NCBI RefSeq assembly: GCF_001194135.2
Contig: NC_068997.1
Span: 38,889,903 to 38,953,902, forward strand
Length of the DNA: 64,000 nucleotides
From: Octopus bimaculoides
Taxonomy: Eukaryota
Reading direction: 5' to 3'
In this document: positions 13,150-25,244 of the stretch, piece by piece
Layout of the letters: the number at the start of each line of letters is the position of its first letter
Numbering within the stretch: position 1 is the first letter of the stretch
The notes under the pieces: model-generated
The model's input: only the letters and a program-made list of their open reading frames with translations
Database searches by the model: none
What the model was told of the DNA's origin: nothing
Translations under genes and position numbers: made by a program

Positions 13150-15490
13150 TAGCGCCAAAGAAGATTAACGACCAGAAAATGCAAACTCAAGGATAAACAA
13201 CCTGATGGAATTTTTAAATATCAGAAGCTACAAACTACATAAGTACTGGTGAAGCCAATGAGAACGTACAAACCGAAGGAGCTCTTTCTTTGTAGTAATT
13301 TTCTGTTCATTGCTGGCACTTTTCATACAAATGATGACCACAGTGGTGAACATGAAAGTACCGCTGAACAAGAAGAGACAGAACAGTAATATGAACCAAG
13401 CAATAAACTTAGTGATTTCAAAGAATTTACTGACCTCACAAATTGGTCCATAACAGTTGATAATTATTTCATATAAAAATGTTTAATGCAGGTCTTAGTT
13501 TTGTCTTTTGAAAATAAATAAACAGATGATGTGAATACCGAATCTAGTAGAGTTTACAAGAAGCAAAACAAATGTTTCTCAAATAGATATTTTGAAAAAA
13601 TATTGAAAATGGCCAGTCTGTGGTGAGACTCTGGTTAGTTCACACAAAGATTAAAGGTTGTATCTACTGGTTTGTTTGCAAACCCATTTCTAAATGCCAA
13701 ACATTACTTTCAGCTCTGACTGCACCAATGTACTCAAGACTCTGGAACATCCCGAAGATAGCATGGAACATTGGAGGGAAATGTGTTTGATAGCAAGAAA
13801 AACAAATAAATGCACTGTAGATAGAAACTTGTGGATTAACAGACAAGAAAAGCAGACAGTATCATCTTGAAATACTGAAAAGAGTTGTACCACTTGAGTG
13901 AAAGGGGTTTGGAATTTAGAAGTCATGAGTGAAATGAGGGTCACTATATAATGAAAATTTGAAGAGGACCATTAAACTTTTTGTAGAGTTTAAGTAATTT
14001 TTTACCAAAGCTTCTCGGCAAATCTAAAAACGAAAAAAAAAATTACTACTTATCTATCCAAAATATGAAGAATCGGTGCAAATCATCAGGGTATGTGTAA
14101 GATGAAAATCAAATCAAATTAACAACTAAGACACCAAATACTCTTATTGTTGAATCTAGTACACCTGACCTAACATATGCTGAGCAGTTGGTAATTGTGA
14201 TCCGATATTGTTATAATGGAAAATCCTGCGACGGATTTCTGACACTTTTACCAGCAGAAAACTATTCACCCATGACTTGTTCAACAACAAACAGTATATC
14301 CTGTGAGAACAAAAGCTTTCACTTGAAAATACCTGCGGTCAATCCTACTTGTCTCTGAAGTTATTGAATACTTTGACATTTTGCAGGAGCTGCATGTTTT
14401 CTTTTCTTGATCGCCATGAAAAGGGGAAATTTTAAACAAACATGGTATCTAAATTTTTTCTATGTGCTTATGTGTAACAAAAGTATACTCTTGTTGCACT
14501 TAAGCACATCAAAAAAATCATAAAGCAATCATAAAGCAATCAAAGCAAATAAAACCGGAGATAAGGATATCCTACGTATTTTGAAAGCTCAGAGAAGTTA
14601 GAAATAAAAATGAGATAAAGTTGGTAAAATTAGAGTTTGTTATTTTAACAGTTGTTTTGGAAGAGGTACTGGAGCTTTTCGACAAAATAGTAAGAAATTT
14701 CAAATCCTGGGATTTGGATTATTTTGAAGGTTATCTTCTGCTATCATATTTATTTTCATTTCTTAAAGAATTCCGAGAAAATTCAAAGAAGAAGACCGCA
14801 TACAATGAATTAGAGCCAAAAGATTTGTGTGGAGATATGACCTCAAGTTATTCTGATACTTCTAAACGCATTGTTATGATGAAAGTTTGAAACTGAACAA
14901 GTGATATTGCTTTTCTGAGAAAATTCAAAATTTCTGAGAAATTCAAAATAGAAAAACTAAATCATCTCTGTGACTGCTTGGTCATCCGATTCTGTAACAG
15001 AATAGATCCATATGAGCAGATTGTGAAAAAGTTTGTTCGAGCTTCTCTCAGAGTTGGTGAACAATCCTGAAATTGATGAGGACACTATTAACCTTGTCAT
15101 ATATTACATATATGATATTACCACGAAGTTGTACATGAGTGTTGATTTAGAGAATATTTACACTTTAGGAAATCCTTGAACGCAGAAGTAAACTCACCAT
15201 CTAAATGTACAGAGATTCTTCAGCATATTTGTGAACAACTAATTGAAGTAAATCCCAGTATTAGCGCTGTACTTAAGCTATACTTAACAATAACTGTCAT
15301 AAGTTGTGAAACAGAAAATAATTTCTCAAAGCTATTTGTTACAAAGAACAAATTTATGTCTACAATGAGTAAAGAGCGTGTAAGTTCTTTATCTATATTG
15401 CCTATAGAAAATGATATTGCAAGAAAGCTCTCACATGACAAAATTTTGCGTGAATATGCTACTAGAAATAAAAAGAAAAATAGAATATTT
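13150..15490 (+). pseudogene. Heavily degraded hAT transposase (ZMYM1/DUF4371-like with C-terminal dimerisation domain)
   Basis: STPDLTYAEQLVIVIRY at ~14155-14210. The 15176 ORF gives NPSISAVLKLYLTITVISCETENNFSKLFVTKNKFMSTMSKERVSSLSILPIEND, matching the hAT dimerisation pattern (ERSFSKL..IK..LRSTM..ERLS.L.IL.IE.D). There are many stops and no TIRs were found. Confidence 0.7.
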
Positions 15491-16011
15491 TGTAAAATTT
15501 GCTTCCTCTCCTACATATTCCTATACGAGTCTAAAATGAAAGATTATACTAACTCTGATCTTTGCTACGTTTTGTTTCATCCGTCTAATATGAATGAAGC
15601 ACGTATATAAATAACTCGAAAATTGTAATGCATAGGAATTTTTTTCACGCCAGTGAATTTGGTACCGGAGATAACTCAGTAAAGCAACTTGAACCAATAT
15701 CTGAAATGCATTGATTAAATTTCATTTTAAAATTTATGGTGATCTATCATAGCACAAATATGTAAAACATAACTGTGGTAATCTAGCGCTCGTTGCTGGT
15801 AGGAAGAGGTTCCCTGTATGGTCCTGCTTTCATTCGGGACTCAAGGTGCTTTGGGTATATTGCAAGTCTTTTCAAACATTGTTGGATGCTGCCCTATTGT
15901 CACTGGCGAAGGAGCACCTGTAAACAGTAAACGATTTTAGGGCTCTTAAAATGTAGATCTACCGCATACATACATACATACACACATACATACATACATA
16001 CATACATACGT

Positions 16012-17105
16012 TTGAAAGCATTAGAATACAACAAGACAGTATCCTACACTGCATTTGCAGTATCAGAGCTGATTCCAACATTTGGGATACTTGACTGGTT
16101 TGTAGAGGAAATCCATTCCATAGACATTAAAACCCACGAAATAGACATCAACTGTAAATTTCTACACAAACACCGATATTGATAGGCTCCACCTAAGAAG
16201 AGATGAAGGAGGTAGAGGCTTGAGATCATTGCAGACAACATTTCAATATCACACATCCTTTCTCAGACAGCATCTGCTAAACAACAGCTTCAAAAGTAAA
16301 TACATAAACTTAGTACTGAAAATGGAAGAGGGCAACGTTCTACGTGTCGGCAGTGAGTTCTTCAGGAAGTGGTCTCTTCTTGATGGCCTCCCATGCAACT
16401 CCAAAACAGCCGGAATAACATACCTCAAAGAAGATCTGGATTTGAAACGCTTAGCATACAAAAAAAAAAAGAAAGAAAGAAAAAAAAAGACTATGCGTGG
16501 ATGTTTCCCAAAGACTTAAAGAAGGCAGTAATATCGACATGAAGTGCAACTTCTCTTGGACTAGTGACCGAAACATTACACCATGCTTTGAAGGTTATGC
16601 ATTTGCAAGCAAAGAACAGAAATTGTTACGAAATGAAGGCGGCGAGCTGGCAGAAACGTTAGGACGCCGGGCGAAATGCTTAGCGGTATTTCGTCTGCCG
16701 TTACATTCTGAGTTCAAATTCCGCCGAGGTCGACTTTGCCTTTCATCCTTTCTGGGTCGATAAATTAAGTACCAGTTACGCACTGGGGTCGATGTAATTG
16801 ACTTAATCCCTTAGTCTATCCTTGTTTGTCCCCTCTATGTTTAGAGATAGTGAAGGTCTTGAAGCTCCAAGAACTAACTGAAAATGTAGATTATGTCATA
16901 TTTCTGTGAGAGACATCACACATGCGAATATATCAAAGTATTACCTCCCTATGTAACACGATGTTGAAGCTAAAATAATCTACAATGCCATTCGAAAAAT
17001 AAAAGAAAGACTGTTCTAGAATAAATACAGAGAATCCCTCTTACTGGATTATATACACGAACTTCAACTCAAGGAATATTGTTGGAACATTGCTATTAAA
17101 ACTTA
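16012..17105 (+). mobile_element. R4/Dong-type non-LTR retrotransposon fragment, interrupted by a SINE
   Basis: YNKTVSYTAFAVSELIPTFGILDWFVEEIHSIDIKT, GGRGLRSL, CFEGYAFASKEQ and CRLCH..DITH..YYLPM are homologous to 53610-56100. The 5' end abuts (ATAC)n at 15965-16009. Confidence 0.8.
16637..16850 (+). mobile_element. tRNA-derived SINE family B, nested in the R4-type LINE
   Basis: aggcggcgagctggcagaaacgttag..gagttcaaattcc (B box)..gtcgactttgcctttcatcctt..gtcgataaattaagtaccag. Confidence 0.85.
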
Positions 17106-17217
17106 CAGTGTAATGCTTCAAATGTAAATTTGCTTTTATTATCTGCATTCCAATGACGGAGCTTTGTATCTTTCTTAGAAACCAACTCCCTCCTCAAAGG
17201 AAGATTTCAAATAATTA

Positions 17218-17431
17218 AAGGGGTACTGAAAAGTTCCTGGCTTTAAAGGTATTGCGAAAGGCCTGGTTGGAGGACCAACCCTATGAGTTCTTTTACAGTG
17301 CTTAGAAAAACTGAAGGACCGCTGCAATAAGTGTGTGAATCTGAGAGGGGAATATGTTGAATAACATCATAATTAACTGATCATCCTGTATTTTCTTTTA
17401 CCTAAGGCCAGGAAGCTTTCAGCATCCTTAC
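17218..17431 (+). mobile_element. Mariner-derived MITE (~214 bp)
   Basis: TIRs ggggtactgaaaagttcctggc / gccaggaagctttcagcatcc flanked by TA. Retains the transposase C-terminus KCVNLRGEYVE*. Confidence 0.8.
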
Positions 17432-17570
17432 TATATGACCTCAATTCGATTTCGAGCAATGTCATTGCTTGTCTATTCTCACGGCAGCTTTCGTCCTAAT
17501 TTTGNNNNNNNNNNTGGATGTCGGTATGCACATACCTGTACGTATATATGCATATACTCATTTACTATTT

Positions 17571-17617
<47 letters not shown>

Positions 17618-18176
17618 TGTGCGCGTGTGTGTGCGCGCGTGTGTGTGCGCGCGTGTGTGTGCATGTGTGTGTGCGTGTGTGTGTGTGTGTGTGCGTGTAA
17701 CTTTAGGATAGTTGGAATTTTTATGAATATATGTATGATCACCTTGTATGTTTTTATATATTTTTACGTATGCATGTATGTATTTATGTACGCATGTACG
17801 CATGTATGTATGTGTATGTATGTGTGAATATTTTAAGTGGGTATTGTTCATGGATAGGTCGGGTGTAGTGCAAGACTTGATATATGTAGTGATTATATAG
17901 TTATAGTGTGAAAGCGACCGGGTAGTCATTTCCACATTATCCAATGAGGATATGACTACTGGAACAATGAATCTCGAAGCACATAAAGCCATAAATATGT
18001 TTTCGATGTCATTGTTCATGGAAATAATGCATATTTTTAGATTGAGGTGTATAAACAACTGTATACATAGGTTTGAGAAAGAATGAAGAGGAATGTTATG
18101 AATTTAGGTGTGTGACTGGTGAGAAGTGACATCGAAGGAACAGGAAGAAGTGAATTTTGAGATTATAGCAGTTGAC

Positions 18177-18438
18177 AAAATTATTTACATTATTTACATT
18201 TGACAGATATTTGTCCTCATCATGTTTGTTGTTAACACAACGTTTCGGTTGATATACCCTCCAGCCTTCATCAGGTGTCTTGGGGAAATTTTGAACCTGG
18301 GTTCTCATTCCTAAAGTATTTTTCGATGTTGTTGTTGTTGTTGTTATTATTATTATTATTATTCGGGTCACTGCCTGGAATCGAACTCGGAATCTTGAAG
18401 TTAGTAGCCCGTGCTCTGAACCACTACGCCATATGCCT
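18177..18438 (-). mobile_element. Composite SINE-like element: tRNA head + (AAT/AAC)n + PLE-type hammerhead segment + (TGTAAATAA)2 tail
   Basis: A box TGGCGTAGTGG (18421-18431), B box GAGTTCGATTCC (18377-18388), microsatellite at ~18327-18362, HHR at 18234-18279 and a tandem tail at 18179-18200. Confidence 0.7.
18234..18279 (-). ncRNA. Minimal type I hammerhead ribozyme motif
   Basis: Minus strand reads gacac-CTGATGA-a-ggctg-gagggtatat-caacc-GAAA-C-GTT-gtgtt. Stem I is gacac/gtgtt, stem II has one mismatch, stem III is the palindrome AACGTT, and the triplet is GUU. Confidence 0.75.
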
Positions 18439-19252
18439 GTCAAATGTCATTAATGTAGATAATTTCTCATCTCTTAAATATAGAACAGTTCACAAATTGC
18501 TCACAGATTCCCGGCAACGAGTTTCTGGTTCGAACCTGCTGCACAATGACTATGGGAAGTGTTTTCCAATCTCTCCGTGGTTCAGTCACGGCATCGTGAG
18601 TGAAATTTGCGTGGAGACTCTCTCTTTTCGGTGGTAGAACTAATCCCTAACTCGGTTTTGCATTATTGGACTTTCGAGTGCCTTTAATGGGGAGTGAGTT
18701 GTTGCAAGCATTCGGCCCAAATTTCTGAACAGTGAATAACTCCGTTCCATCCTTTCACCAGTCTTTGAGGTCTTGAAAAGGGTCCTGTGTGATTCTTTTT
18801 CGCTTCTCATTAAACTGTAGAGCCTAGTTCCTACATTGCTATCTACTTTGAACAATTGATCGGCGCAGATCTTATCTGCGGACACAGAACCAATGATGAG
18901 ATATAAACCGTCCATATTCCACATCTTTAATTCAGTATTCTATCTAGTTGCTTTGCCATCAATTATAGGAGACCCACTCTGAGGTGTGATGAGACCAAAA
19001 GCAGTGAACGGCAGACAAGTGAAGTGCGGAACAAAAGGAGACTTGAAGGAATTGAGAATAATTCTTTTGTTTTGTGAAACAATGAATCTTGAAGTACATA
19101 AAGCTATAAATAATAGCATTTAAATATTGTATTAAAAAAAGTCTTTGGATAGAAAAAGTTGAAGGCTGCTGTCGGGGTTCGAACACATGTGTCCTGTAAA
19201 CATGTAATATTCAAAACTTCATTTAGGACTTGATGCAGTATATGGAAGTGAT

Positions 19253-19412
19253 ATTGGTTTCCAATTTTGCCATAAGGCCAGAAATTTCGAGGGAGGCGAT
19301 AAATCGATTACATCGACCCCAGAGCTCAACTTTAGATTATCTACCCCGAAAGGATGAAACGCGAAGTCGACCTCGACGGAATTTGGACTCAGAATGTAAT
19401 GATGGACGAAAT
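19253..19412 (-). mobile_element. SINE family B fragment
   Basis: Reverse complement matches the family B body (ccccgaaaggatgaaa..aagtcgacctc..gaatttggactcagaa on the plus strand). Confidence 0.75.
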
Positions 19413-19842
19413 GATATGGATGTGATATTGAAATTGACAGTACTTGAATATTTGCGCGAAATTATAAGTTCTGTGCTCGCGTCCCCTTTTTAATCAATTC
19501 GGTTTCCAAGTTGTTTCCCTTGTCTTTCTTCACAAGAATTATTATTAATGTTAACCATTCACCCGCCTCCATTCATTACTTGTATAATTTATCTTGGCTA
19601 CAACTTTGTTGGAAGTCCACTGCATTATGTTAGCCACCACCTAGCTATACTAACTACTGTCTTTGTGTTTATAAAACGCTGAATATATTTGAGCAGATTC
19701 TCTGTCAATGTAGACATTAATAAACCCACAAAGAAATGTGCGCACACATTTTAAAATTTATCTGCATAATTATTTTGAAATGCATTTGTATATTCATGTG
19801 TATGAGTACTTTTCTCTTCGCGCGCACGCGCACACATATACA

Positions 19843-19928
<86 letters not shown>

Positions 19929-20723
19929 NNNNNNNNNNNNNNNNNNNNNNNNNNNNNNNNNNNNNNNNNNNNNNNNNNNNNNNNNNNNNNNNNNNNNNNN
20001 NNNNNNNNNNNNNNNNNNNNNNNNNNNNNNNNNNNNNNNNNNNNNNNNNNNNNNNNNNNNNNNNNNNNNNNNNNNNNNNNNNNNNNNNNNNNNNNNNNNN
20101 NNNNNNNNNNNNNNNNNNNNNNNNNNNNNNNNNNNNNNNNNNNNNNNNNNNNNNNNNNNNNNNNNNNNNNNNNNNNNNNNNNNNNNNNNNNNNNNNNNNN
20201 NNNNNNNNNNNNNNNNNNNNNNNNNNNCAAAATTAACCTTTATACACACACATACACACATATATATATTATATACGCATTTGTGTATTAGTGTATGTGA
20301 AAGTGTCTCCGTGCATGCAAGCCTGTCTCTAAGTATGTGTATGTCTGCGTAATTACGTGTGTGTGTGTGTGTGTGTGCGCGCGCGTAAATTTGTGTATGT
20401 GGAAGTAAGCGTTCTTGCATGCAGATTTTATTTTATCTATTGTGTGACTTTTTCCTTTTACTGAACTGATTCGAAAGAAAATACGGTTCTATTATATTTC
20501 TTCTCCATTGCTGCATGCCTCTCACTGTACATGGTGTGTTGACACCTTCTTATTAGATTTTAATTAAGTTATCATCTCCGTATTATATCATACAGCCAGC
20601 TTTAACACAGCCACTGCAACCGACGCAACGTTTAATTACAGCTTAAGGTTCAAATCTTGGGCATGCCTGCCTACCTCCATCGCCATCTGTCCTCCTTAGA
20701 CGTGTCCTACTTCTCTTCGGTTA

Positions 20724-20803
20724 ACCACCACCACCACCACCACTACTACTACTACTGGTGCTGCTGCTGCTGGTTTTANNNNNNNNNNTGCTGCTGCTGG
20801 TTT

Positions 20804-20846
<43 letters not shown>

Positions 20847-20900
20847 GCTGCTGCTTCTGCTGCTGCTGCTGCTGGTGATGTTAGTTTTCTTAGCACCAAG

Positions 20901-20936
<36 letters not shown>

Positions 20937-20966
20937 GCTACTACTACTACTACTACTACTACTACT
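20724..20966. repeat. Compound (CAC)n/(TAC)n/(TGC)n trinucleotide microsatellite
   Basis: Direct reading of the sequence. Confidence 0.95.
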
Positions 20967-22499
20967 GCAACCACTCATAGTTTTGTATCTTTCTACGTGT
21001 TTTTCCTCTAAATCTTTATCTTAGCCGTCTCTTTATATCAATGGACAAAAAATAAATTAAAGAAAAACGAAAGAATGAAAGGAAGGAAGAAAGAAAGAAA
21101 GGAAGAAACGAAGAGAAGAGAAAAGGAAAAGAACAAAGAAAAACATTTCAGCTGAGTGGAATAAGGATTTGAAAGAACAAGTGAAAATGATTTTAGCTGG
21201 AAATTAATGATAGATTTTCAGGATTCCTTATACTGGTAAATGCAAAAAGACAGCAGAAGAAAAAAGCAGTTCTTAACGGAAATATTTGATGATTTCTATA
21301 CGAACTAAATTACACTTTGAAGTTAGTCTGTTTTTCTTGTCTTTTGTTGCTGATGTTGTTGTTGTTGTTGTTGCTGTTGTTACCTTTCTTATTTCTATTT
21401 TTACTTTTATTTACTTACTTTTTTCTTTTTTGTTTGATATTATTCATTTTCGTCATTAACTTCTATGAGAAGTCTTTAGCTGAAGATGTCTTCTTTTTTT
21501 TCTTTACTTTGCAGAAGGTTTCTTTCATTAATTCTTGCAGATGATACATAACGTAAGATGAAATTTAAGAAAGATTCAAAGAAAAGCTGGTATATTAGCA
21601 TTTCGTCGCATTGTTCGGGAAAGGTGTACAGCTTGACTGTGTGAGAAAATAAAAAGTATAAAAGCGATAATAATGGGTTCGACTTAAAAGTTGGTCGCTG
21701 GGAAATGAATGTTCAAAAACATGATATTATTAACGATTAGATGCTAAAGAAAGATGAATATCGATTGTTCTCAACTGACGGAGTTGTTGGCTTTCTGTAG
21801 GTAAATCATGTTTAACTTTCTTCAATACTTGATAAATAAATTGTTTCATGAAAAGTTATGATACGCGTGTTTGGCGTGGATGGACTGTTTCTGAATTGAA
21901 TCCGTTGAATTTACCAACAAATAATACCATGTTAACATCATGTTNNNNNNNNNNTTTTTTTTTTTTTTTTTTTTTAATTTTATTTGCTCATGCATTATTA
22001 AAGAATCCTATTGAAGTTAATAAAGAAGCCAAATCAAGCAATATTACTGTTGCAACAGTTGTTTGTGTCATTATTGCTAATGTCACAGTTACCGCAGGTG
22101 TGTTGTTATCACCTGCTGTGATATGATTATTGGTGGTTTTTGTGTTTGATGCCACGTAGCAAATTCTCCTTCCCCACTTCAAGGATTGTCTGACTACTAC
22201 TTAATAAACGTTACAAACTGCTCTGCACAAAATACACCCAGTCCGAAACACCTTGCACTTCAAGTCAGTTAATTTGTTGTGTCTGAATTTGCTCTATATC
22301 AACTATTCTTCATAGTAAATGTGCTACACTTTGCTCCATTTGAAAACAGCACAACTGAAACCACCGTTTGGAATATGTCCCTTCACACCTTTCACGTAGT
22401 CATGGCCCACAACTCCTAAATGATTTATTAGCAGACGTGAAGGAATAATAGATGTCCAAGTGAAGAATATTGCTTATAACACTTGGAGAGAGTCACCCA

Positions 22500-22790
22500 T
22501 TGCCACGCCTACAAAACGTTGGTCATGTGAGCAAAAGATGTTTGTTTATCACGCAGCCCATATTTCTCATCGAAATTGCACCCATTTCTGCGCAGGCTTT
22601 TCAGAAACTTTCGCTACTCCACAGACAAAATTGTTCTCTAAGTAGAATTCCTGCTCCTAAACCAACCATTCGCTATCCGATTTGCTTTCCAATTCTGTAC
22701 CACGCACACATGACAATACACTTCCTAAACTCTCCCATTTACTCGACACATACAATCATAAACACAAAAACTCTTCTATTTTCTCCAATC
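22500..22790 (-). mobile_element. Possible ancient RTE-type LINE RT remnant
   Basis: Frameshifted minus-strand reading EKIEEF..LGSVLSC.RG.ELE..RIANGWFR resembles the RTE pattern YLG....GG....RI..AW..FR. Very decayed. Confidence 0.3.
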
Positions 22791-23455
22791 TAACACCGAG
22801 ACTGGTCATGTCGACGTCTGTTCGTTTAGCTCAAATAGTTTTTTTTAGAGTTTGCTCCTACCATCGCTAAACCCTGCAATCTTTCTCTCTATATGGGAAC
22901 CCCACCCCACTAGCCTATGGAAACGTGTCGGTGTTTCTACATCCCTGGAATCTCAGTAAGTCGACTGCGCTACCATAACCACTTCGAACATCTTTAGCAT
23001 TTTGGTTGATAAAGCCTTTACATGGTCCTTCAACCTACAAGAAATAGCCGCCAAATGTTCCTCAAACTACATCCTGTCGTTTTAATTAAGGATGAAGACA
23101 ATAAACAGTGTTAATCTTAGATAGCCCTTAAAAGACTGGAACTGCTTATTAATCATTGCTAGAACATTTTTGATCATGATAGTCCTGAAGTTAAACAACA
23201 ATAAAATTTTCATAAGTCTAAGAACGGATTTAAGCAATCGTAAAAAAAGGGAAAAAATATCTACTTGCTTCAAAAACTCAAGTTTCTCCCCCTTTGCAGC
23301 TTTTGTAAAGTGAGATCGTTACTCCACTCTTTTACATACAAAAGTCTTTTGCTTTTGTAAACTTCAGTTAAACGTAAATTGTTAACTTCGACATTAGAAA
23401 AGTTTTCGATTGTGTTTGGTAGGGGAACCTTTCACTAAGTTAACCATGTATAGTC

Positions 23456-23902
23456 ACAGGAGTGGCTGTGTGGTAAGTAGCTTGCTCACCAACCACATGG
23501 TTCCGGGTTCAGTCCCACTGCGTGGCACCTTGGGCAAGTGTCTTCTACTATAGCCTCGGGCCGACCAAAGCCTTGTGAGTGGATTTGGTATATATGTATA
23601 TATATNNNNNNNNNNNNNNNNNNNNNNNNNNNNNNNNNNNNNNNNNNNNNTATATATGTATGTATGTATGTATGTGTGTGTGTCTGTGTCTGTGTTTGTC
23701 CCCCCACCATCGCTTGACAACCGATGCTGGTGTGTTTAGGTTCCCGTAACTTAGCGGTTCGGCAAAAAGAGACCGATAGAATAAGTACTAGGCTTACGAA
23801 GAATAAGTCCTGGGGTCGATTTTCTCGACAAAAGGCGGTGCTCCAGCATGGCCGCAGTCAAATGACTGAAACAAGTAAAAGAGTAAAAGAGAGTAAAAGA
23901 GT
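23456..23902 (+). mobile_element. Full-length tRNA-derived SINE family A, with CORE-like accttgggcaagtg segment and internal (TA)n/(TATG)n
   Basis: A box TGGCTGTGTGG, B box GGTTCAGTCCC and a (GTAAAAGA)n tail. Homologous to 44835-45201 and 60770-61198. Confidence 0.9.
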
Positions 23903-23914
23903 AACCGATGGATC

Positions 23915-24115
23915 AGTGCAGTCACTCGATCTGCTAAAAATAGCAGTTAAGTCTCCCTCTAACCCCACTCTTAAATAAAATGGTGAAGAGACCTGTGTAT
24001 CCTGGTTAAAATAGTAGAGGGTTAAGATACGTTTCAAAGAGCAAGAGGATTATGACTGGAAAGTCTTTGATTATAGATCTTCTCGATTATGGCTGGACTG
24101 GGGTTAAATGACACT
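23915..24115 (+). repeat. Dispersed repeat (motif gatctgctaaaaatagcagttaa); related copies at ~23005-23075 (+), ~33740-33990 (-) and ~61935-62135 (+)
   Basis: A shared motif of the form g(g)tcac.tgacctgctagaaatagcagccaaat recurs across the window. Class unknown. Confidence 0.5.
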
Positions 24116-24440
24116 AGCAACAGAAACTGGTTACCTAAGCCACTAACGAAAGACAAAAACACAGAGAGTTACACACAACTTCTCTACAACATTTGTAGAA
24201 GAAATAAGGAAAGTAAAATGGCTCACAAACATATTTAGAGCATTCCACAAGTATCGTATTGTATCACTACAAAGGAACACCAACAGCTGTTTACAAACAA
24301 TACGTTAGATCCATCGTCGACCATACTAATCCTATTTAGGTCCCTAACACAGCAGGGGCCACAAACTACGAATAATATATAGCAGAATACTTCGCATCAC
24401 CTCAGGTTGCTCACAGGCTATAGCCACTGAGTATCTATAC

Positions 24441-24612
24441 AGGCATGATTGTATGGTAAGAAGCTTATTTCACAACCACATGGTTCTGGGTTCAGTCCAA
24501 CTGCGTGGCACCTTGGGCAAGTATCATCTATTATAGACTCGGGCTGCCCAAAGCATTGTGAGTGGATTTGCTAAACGGAAACTGAAAGAAGCCCGTCGTA
24601 TATATATATATA
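24441..24612 (+). mobile_element. SINE family A, 5' half running into a gap
   Basis: ggtaagaagctt..aaccacatggttctgggttcagtcc..gtggcaccttgggcaag..gaaactgaaagaagcccgtcgtatata. Confidence 0.8.
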
Positions 24613-25244
24613 NNNNNNNNNNNNNNNNNNNNNNNNNNNNNNNNNNNNNNNNNNNNNNNNNNNNNNNNNNNNNNNNNNNNNNNNNNNNNNNNNNNNNNNN
24701 NNNNNNNNNNNNNNNNNNNNNNNNNNNNNNNNNNNNNNNNNNNNNNNNNNNNNNNNNNNNNNNNNNNNNNNNNNNNNNNNNNNNNNNNNNNNNNNNNNNN
24801 NNNNNNNNNNNNNNNNNNNNNNNNNNNNNNNNNNNNNNNNNNNNNNNNNNNNNNNNNNNNNNNNNNNNNNNNNNNNNNNNNNNNNNNNNNNNNNNNNNNN
24901 NNNNNNNNNNNNNNNNNNNNNNNNNNNNNNNNNNNNNNNNNNNNNNNNNNNNNNNNNNNNNNNNNNNNNNNNNNNNNNNNNNNNNNNNNNNNNNNNNNNN
25001 NNNNNNNNNNNNNNNNNNNNNNNNNNNNNNNNNNNNNNNNNNNNNNNNNNNNNNNNNNNNNNNNNNNNNNNNNNNNNNNNNNNNNNNNNNNNNNNNNNNN
25101 NNNNNNNNNNNNNNNNNNNNNNNNNNNNNNNNNNNNNNNNNNNNNNNNNNNNNNNNNNNNNNNNNNNNNNNNNNNNNNNNNNNNNNTATATATACATATA
25201 TATATATAAAGGTAAGATCCAAAGGATCAAGGTGTAGGAAGATA

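Noticed and set aside
12664-15967. cagtgtttccc (12664) and tagatctaccgc (~15956-15967) as hAT termini
   Set aside because: They are not inverted repeats of each other and there is no 8-bp TSD.
21848-22182. ORFs rich in V/T/A resembling a transmembrane protein exon
   Set aside because: The sequence is low-complexity GTT/ATT-rich, with no recognisable domain or splice context.
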